64,000 nt of DNA from Alphaproteobacteria bacterium. Lineage in GTDB: Bacteria; Pseudomonadota; Alphaproteobacteria; G965222575. The stretch is taken from positions 768,001 through 832,000 of the forward strand of contig OZ244958.1 of the NCBI GenBank assembly GCA_965222575.1, written 5' to 3'. The position numbers were made by a program, and so were the translations under genes. Positions within the stretch are counted from its first letter, which is position 1; each line of letters starts with the position of its first letter. This document shows, one piece after another, positions 44,901 to 50,900 of this stretch. Under the pieces are notes generated by a model. The model was not told where the DNA came from, ran no database searches, and saw nothing but the letters and a program-made list of their open reading frames with translations.

Positions 44901-47900
44901 CCAAGATTACCTTTTACGGCAAAGGGGCCAAAACCCTCACCGGACACTTCGGTTCCTTCTTTACCATACCAGTTCAGTTGGCAAATGGTAGGGATACAGA
45001 GGCTTTAGGCTTTTTGAATCGGAAAGAAGACGGGGCTTTAGAGATACAATATGCGGATGTGGATTTGACGGCTAGAGGTAAGAAGATTCTGACTGAACGC
45101 GGTGCCGTCTCCATTGAGACGGAGATACCTGTAGGTGAAGGATTCACGAAGTTATATGACACAACTGATAGGATTGCTTTTGCGGCACTTGAGAATAGGC
45201 TCTTTATAGGACAGAAAACAGCGGTACACAATGTCCTTTTGACTGTGGATTCTCTTCAGAAGATGACCATAAAGCCTTTGATAAGTACCTTGCCAAGTAG
45301 AAGCAAGACAGCGATTTCTGTTTTGAAGGTGGCGAATGGTGAGTTCTATTTAGCAGTAGGAGAACCTACTGTTAATAAGAATGCAGGGAGGGCTGTGGTG
45401 TTTGGAGGGAGGGATTCTGCGTTTTCCGATATCAGGCAAACCTTTGAGGTTACAGGTGCTACGGGGGATTGGTTTGGCTGGTCTGTGAAGTTGCATCTGT
45501 TGGATAAGGACGGAAATGGCACTTTTGTGCCAGTGCTCTTTGTAGGAGCCCCTAAAGCCACCACTGGAGCAGGGTATGTGAAGGTCTTTGATATTGTTGG
45601 GGCGGAGATTCAAGACATTCTGCCGCAAAATGGCACTGTTCTTGCCTTTGGCTATAGCATAGCAGCTACGGGCGACCACCTTGCCATAGGGGCGCCACAA
45701 AGCAGTAGAGGTAGGGGGAACATAGCATTCTACAAATGGGACACGGCGACGACGGCGTATACCTTTCAAAACGCTTTTACTTTTTTTGAGGCACGTGTCC
45801 ATGGTGCTGAAGTCGGGGCTTTCCTGTACAATGATACGCCCTATTTTTATTCTACGTCCTATAGCGATGACAGTACCACCATTAGATTTTTCCAATACGA
45901 AAACAACAGTTATATCTTATCTCACACTCAGACATACCAAGGCGAATACGGTTCCTTCTTGAACATTAAAGTCAAGACAAAAACCAGGACACAAACTAGT
46001 GAGGAGGTCCTAGGCGTCCTCTTACGCGAGCCAGATGGGTCCTTAAAGATAAAATATGCGGCTTTTTATGGAACAGAAACGCAGGACTTCGCAACCTTCC
46101 AAGAGATTCCCATGAATAGAAAGGCGGAGACTTCATTTAAGACTTTATATACCACCACCAATAAGTTTTCCTTTGCGGCGCTTCCGGATCAGCTCTTTAT
46201 TGCGCAGGGAGCAAGTGTGTATAGAACCCCTCTTACTCTACTTACTTTGGTGTTAAAGGACCAAGCATTGAAGGTAGAGAATTTAGGCTTTCCTATAGGG
46301 GCTCTTGCGCAGCAGAATTTTGACATAAAGGCAACAATAGGAGAGAAAACAATTACGAGCACGCAAGGACTCTCTTTCTCAGTGTTGAAAGTCACAGATG
46401 AGTTGTTCTATTTGGCCATAGGAGACCCTTCCCGTAACGGCAAGGTGGTCGTGTTTGAAGGAGTGTACGCCGACTTTTCCTCCTCACAACAAAAATTTCA
46501 ACTAGAAGGGGAAATTCCCGGTAGTTGGTTTGGTTGGTCTGTGAAGTTGGATCTGTTGGATAAGGACGGAGCAGAGGGGGCTGGCCTTCCTGAGCCGGTG
46601 CTCTTTGTGGGGGTACCAAAAATCAACAAAAACACAGGCCTTGTGAAAATCTTTTCCATCATGCCGGACAGCATTCGTGAGTTGCACTTCCTCAAATCTC
46701 CTGTCCTCGAATCTCTTGCAGATATTTCTGTTGAAGCCTTTGGCTATAGTATAGGGGCGTTAGGCCAGTACCTTGCCATAGGGGCGCCACAAACCAATGA
46801 GGATAAAGGTGCCGTCTTCTTCTATACATGGAACGTTGAGAATCAACGATATCAACTCAACGAAGCGGCTTTTGTTGGGGTTAATCCTACAATAACTGAC
46901 GTTGTAGTCCATGAGATGGCAGGGACTATCACTCATAGTAGTGCTTCTCTTGCGCCTATGCACTTCGGCGCTGAAGTGGGAGACTTCAGTTATAAAAACA
47001 TGATATCGCCCTTTTTGGCAGGTAATCTCTCCCGCGCGCCGGACTATTATAGGAACAACGACTATTTTTACAGCGTCGGATATAATGCTGACCATACAAA
47101 AACCATCTTGTACCTCTTTCACAAACAAGATGATGGGGATGATGTGACATTTACACAAGTCTCATCAAAAGACCCTTCCGACCCTCCAGCTCCAGCTCCA
47201 CAGGTGTTTGATGAAGAGTTAGGCTCCTTCTTTACCTTCCATGTAGGCCCCATATGGGAAGTATGGACTTCAAAACAAGGACAACTCAGTCGGCGGTTGA
47301 GTGAAACGCTGCCTAGAGGAGGAGGAGATACCTTCTTCAGCGCTTTACAACTCCGTAGCTTAGGGGCTTTAACCAGTGACGGCGCAGTGAAATACTATCT
47401 CTCCCTATTTCATCCAAGAACCTCAGGGACTATCAAATTGGAAGTTGATGAGGAAGGCGCCCTCACTGTAACGCAAAAATTTGCGCTGCCTAGTAAAGAC
47501 GATTTTAAATCTATTCTTATTAAAGAGGTTAGCTCTGCTACACCGGAAAATGCTAGCTTTGTGCCTCAACTGTTGTCTTTACCATTGTATGGAATTTTGC
47601 CCGGTAGAAACTTCACCTCTTTATATCATCCTGCTAGGGTGGACTTAAATGTGCTAGAAGGGGACTACATTGGAGAACACGTTTTCTTTGCAGGGCTAAA
47701 AACTTTCCGATTGCAACAAAAAGGAGACATAGCCGTATCGGCTGTTGCTGCTACTGTCAATTTATTTGTGAAGAGTGATCCCTCTTCCGTCAACTTGCCT
47801 TTTGCCTATGAGAAAGTGGAGACAGAAGATTTTCAGAGCCTCTCTGCTTTGCAGGTGAGAGACGATCTCTTCTATTTAGCCATGGGCTATCCTTCTGTGG

Positions 47901-50900
47901 TGACAGTGTTTAGGGCTAGACAGTCTGATTTCTCAGATGGCACACTAGACTTTCAGTTAGAAGTGAAGGAAGAATTGGAGAGTGATCTTGGTACGGAAAG
48001 CTGGTTTGGCTGGTCTGTGAAGTTGCATCTGTTGGATAAGGACGGAGCGGGTGATACCCCTGATGAGCCGGTCCTCTTTGTAGGCGCGCCTCAGTGGGGT
48101 GTTGGGATTGTGAAAGTCTTTACCGTCGCACCAACAGAAGATGCATCACGCGACCTTCAAACCTTAAGTCCGCCAATGGACATTCCAGACGTTGTGCCTC
48201 AAGCCTTTGGCTATAGTATAGGAGCTATGGAAAACAACGTGATGGTAGGTGCGCCTAAAACTAATGAGGATAAAGGTGCAGTCTTCTTCTATACATGGAA
48301 TGTCTCGAATCAAGAATATGAACTCAAAGAAGCGGCTTTTGTTGGGGTTGCTCCTACAATAACCGGCGTTGTAGTCCATAAGATGGCAGGGACTATCGCT
48401 CATAGTGGTGCTGCTCTGATTCCTGCTCAATTCGGCGCTGAAATAGGGGCTTTCGTCTATGATAGTATGATTAACCCTGTCTATCATCCTGATGTTGCTA
48501 GCGATCATGCTGATTATCGTTGGATTGCCTCTGAAAGCTCTAAACGCAATCGGTACTTGTATGTAGTGGGATATCATGCTGACCATACAAAAACCATCTT
48601 GTACCTCTTTAACAAACAAGATGATGGGACCTTTACACAAGTCTCATCAGAAGACCCTTCCAACCCTCCTGTTCCACAGGTGTTTGATAAAGAGTTAGGC
48701 TCCTTCTTTACTTTTTATGTGCAAACTGTATGGGAAGTGTACTTAAGTGGTGTTGTGAATAGAACTCGCTGGTATTACTTTACTGAGACGCAAGCGAGGG
48801 CTCGGGCAGTAGCAGAAGATAAAAGTAAACACCCCATCTTCAGTGCCTTCGACCTTTATAGCTTAGGAGCTTTGAATAGCGCAGGGGAAATGGAATACTA
48901 TACACTTCCACTTGACCCGAAAGTAGGGGTAGGTGAGGAGATTACCTTTAGCGGGGACGCTAGCTATACACGACCGGTAGATGTTGTCTCTAGTAAGCCC
49001 ATGGCCTTTACCGAGAGAGGGGCTGTGTCGTTAAAGAGTATGTTGTCTGTCAATGACAAGGCATTTACTTCTTTATATTATTCTTCTAGGGTGGTACTGG
49101 ATGTTTTGAGGTCTTCTTTTGGGGAGAAGCTTTTCATGACGTCAACGCTTAGAAAGTTCAGCTTGCAACAAGATGAGTTTGAGATTGACAACCCAGCCGG
49201 TGCTGATGGTGTTATTACGACCTTGACATACAGCTTAGGGAGTCAAGCACCTTTGGCAGTGTCCCCGACAGTAAAGGAATTGATTGCGCCATTTCAAAAG
49301 CTCTCTTTCTTGAAGATGGATGATGCTCTCTTTTATTTGGCTGTGGGCACACCCGGTGAGGTGACGGTGTATCAATCCTTAACGCCAGACTTTGATGAAG
49401 TCGAAGAAAAATTCCGTATACAAGATAAACGGGATGATTGGTTTGGCTGGTCTGTGAAGTTGCATCTCTTGGACAGAGACGGAGAGGGCGATAGTTTCGA
49501 ACTTGAACCTCTCTTATTGGTAGGGTCTCCGCAATGGATATCGGGGATTGTGAAACTCTTTGTCTTTACGCCGACTGGCAGTCGTGAATTCGACACCATA
49601 CCCCCACCTTCCATTGATATGCTTGTTGTTAGAAGCTTTGGGTATAGTATCGGGACACTAGGTGGCAACCTTGCCATAGGGGCGCCAAAAACCAATGAGG
49701 ATAAAGGCGCGGTGTTCCTCTATACATGGAACGTTGATTATCAAGAATATCAACTCAAAGAAGCGATTTTCGTTGGCGCTAAACCTGAGATAGACGATGT
49801 TATAGTCCATGAGATGGCAGCGACTATCACTCATCGTGGCTTTTCTCTTGAGCCTATGCACTTCGGCGCTGAAGTCGGAGTTTTCGCCTATCAAAGCTTT
49901 ATAAATCCTACTTATTATCCTCTCCTTACAGGGGAGCAAAGCTTAAGCCCAGATTATGCAGGGATGACTGATAGTGGCCATTCTCTTAACGCTAACTATT
50001 TCTATAGCGTTGGGTACAATGCTGCTCGTGATAAAACACTCTTGTACCTCTTTGCCAAACAAAATGATGGAACATTTGTACAAGTCTCATCAAAGCCCAC
50101 TATGCCGGCGATACCTCCAGCTCCACAGGTGTTTAATGAAGAATTAGGCTCCTTCTTTACTTTCTATACGTACACCATATGGGAAGAAGTCGCGTTGAAG
50201 GAGTTGACGACAGTTGGAAGTAGTGGCTTTGAAGTTAAAAGTAGTGGCTTTGGGTATTACAAGACAGAGGAAGCCGCTAAGGCTAGCGCACAAATTGACA
50301 GGAATGTCCTTAGTGCTTTCCATCTTTATAGCTTAGGGGCTCTTGATAACGAAGGAAAGATGCAATACTATACCTTCTCATTTTATCCAAGACATTATCG
50401 TGCGGAGCATGACTTTACTGGTCAAGAAGGTTCTTACAACGTTAAAATTGACATTGGGTCTTATCCTGAGAAAAGAGCGTTCTTCGGCTATCATGGGAAA
50501 GTGGATTTGAGTCTCCCTGAATTTGGGGCAAAATTCACGTCTTTGTATTACCCTGATAGGGTGGTATTGGATGTGGTAACAGGACAAGACCTTTCCGAGA
50601 GCGTTTTCATGATTTCAACGATGAAAGTGTTCAAGTTAGAGATAAAAACGTTAGAGGTCCAAACTAGGAGCAGGAGAATAGCAAGTGGAGGGTTGGAATT
50701 GGTGTTGAAAGAAGAAAGCCTGTCGCCATTAAGGTCCTATGAAGCACCAGCATCGGGAAGAGTCATCACCAGAAGCTTCCAACCAAAAAGCTTGTTTACA
50801 AAAGCCTCCTCAACAACGCTTAAAAAGTCTATAGAGAGACAGTTTAAGTTTTATGATAATGTTCTGGAAACAAAAGAATATGAGGTGCCTGTTCATCGAG

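Larger units (their letters stand above)
13360..50640 (+). repeat. Array of ~29 intragenic modules (~1.05-1.65 kb each)
   Basis: By manual count, 29 copies of FGWSV encoded as TTTGG(C/T)TGGTCTGTG, at about 13527, 14600, 16232, 17849, 19187, 20321, 21779, 22886, 24278, 25415, 26735, 28079, 29179, 30485, 31964, 33458, 34622, 35864, 37211, 38459, 39635, 40853, 41978, 43325, 44393, 45473, 46529, 48005, 49442. Confidence 0.88.

Noticed and set aside
17670-46300. Diversity-generating retroelement or invertase-driven shufflon as the source of variation
   Set aside because: No reverse transcriptase, recombinase or non-coding template repeat in the window. Differences are indels and block swaps rather than adenine-specific changes.
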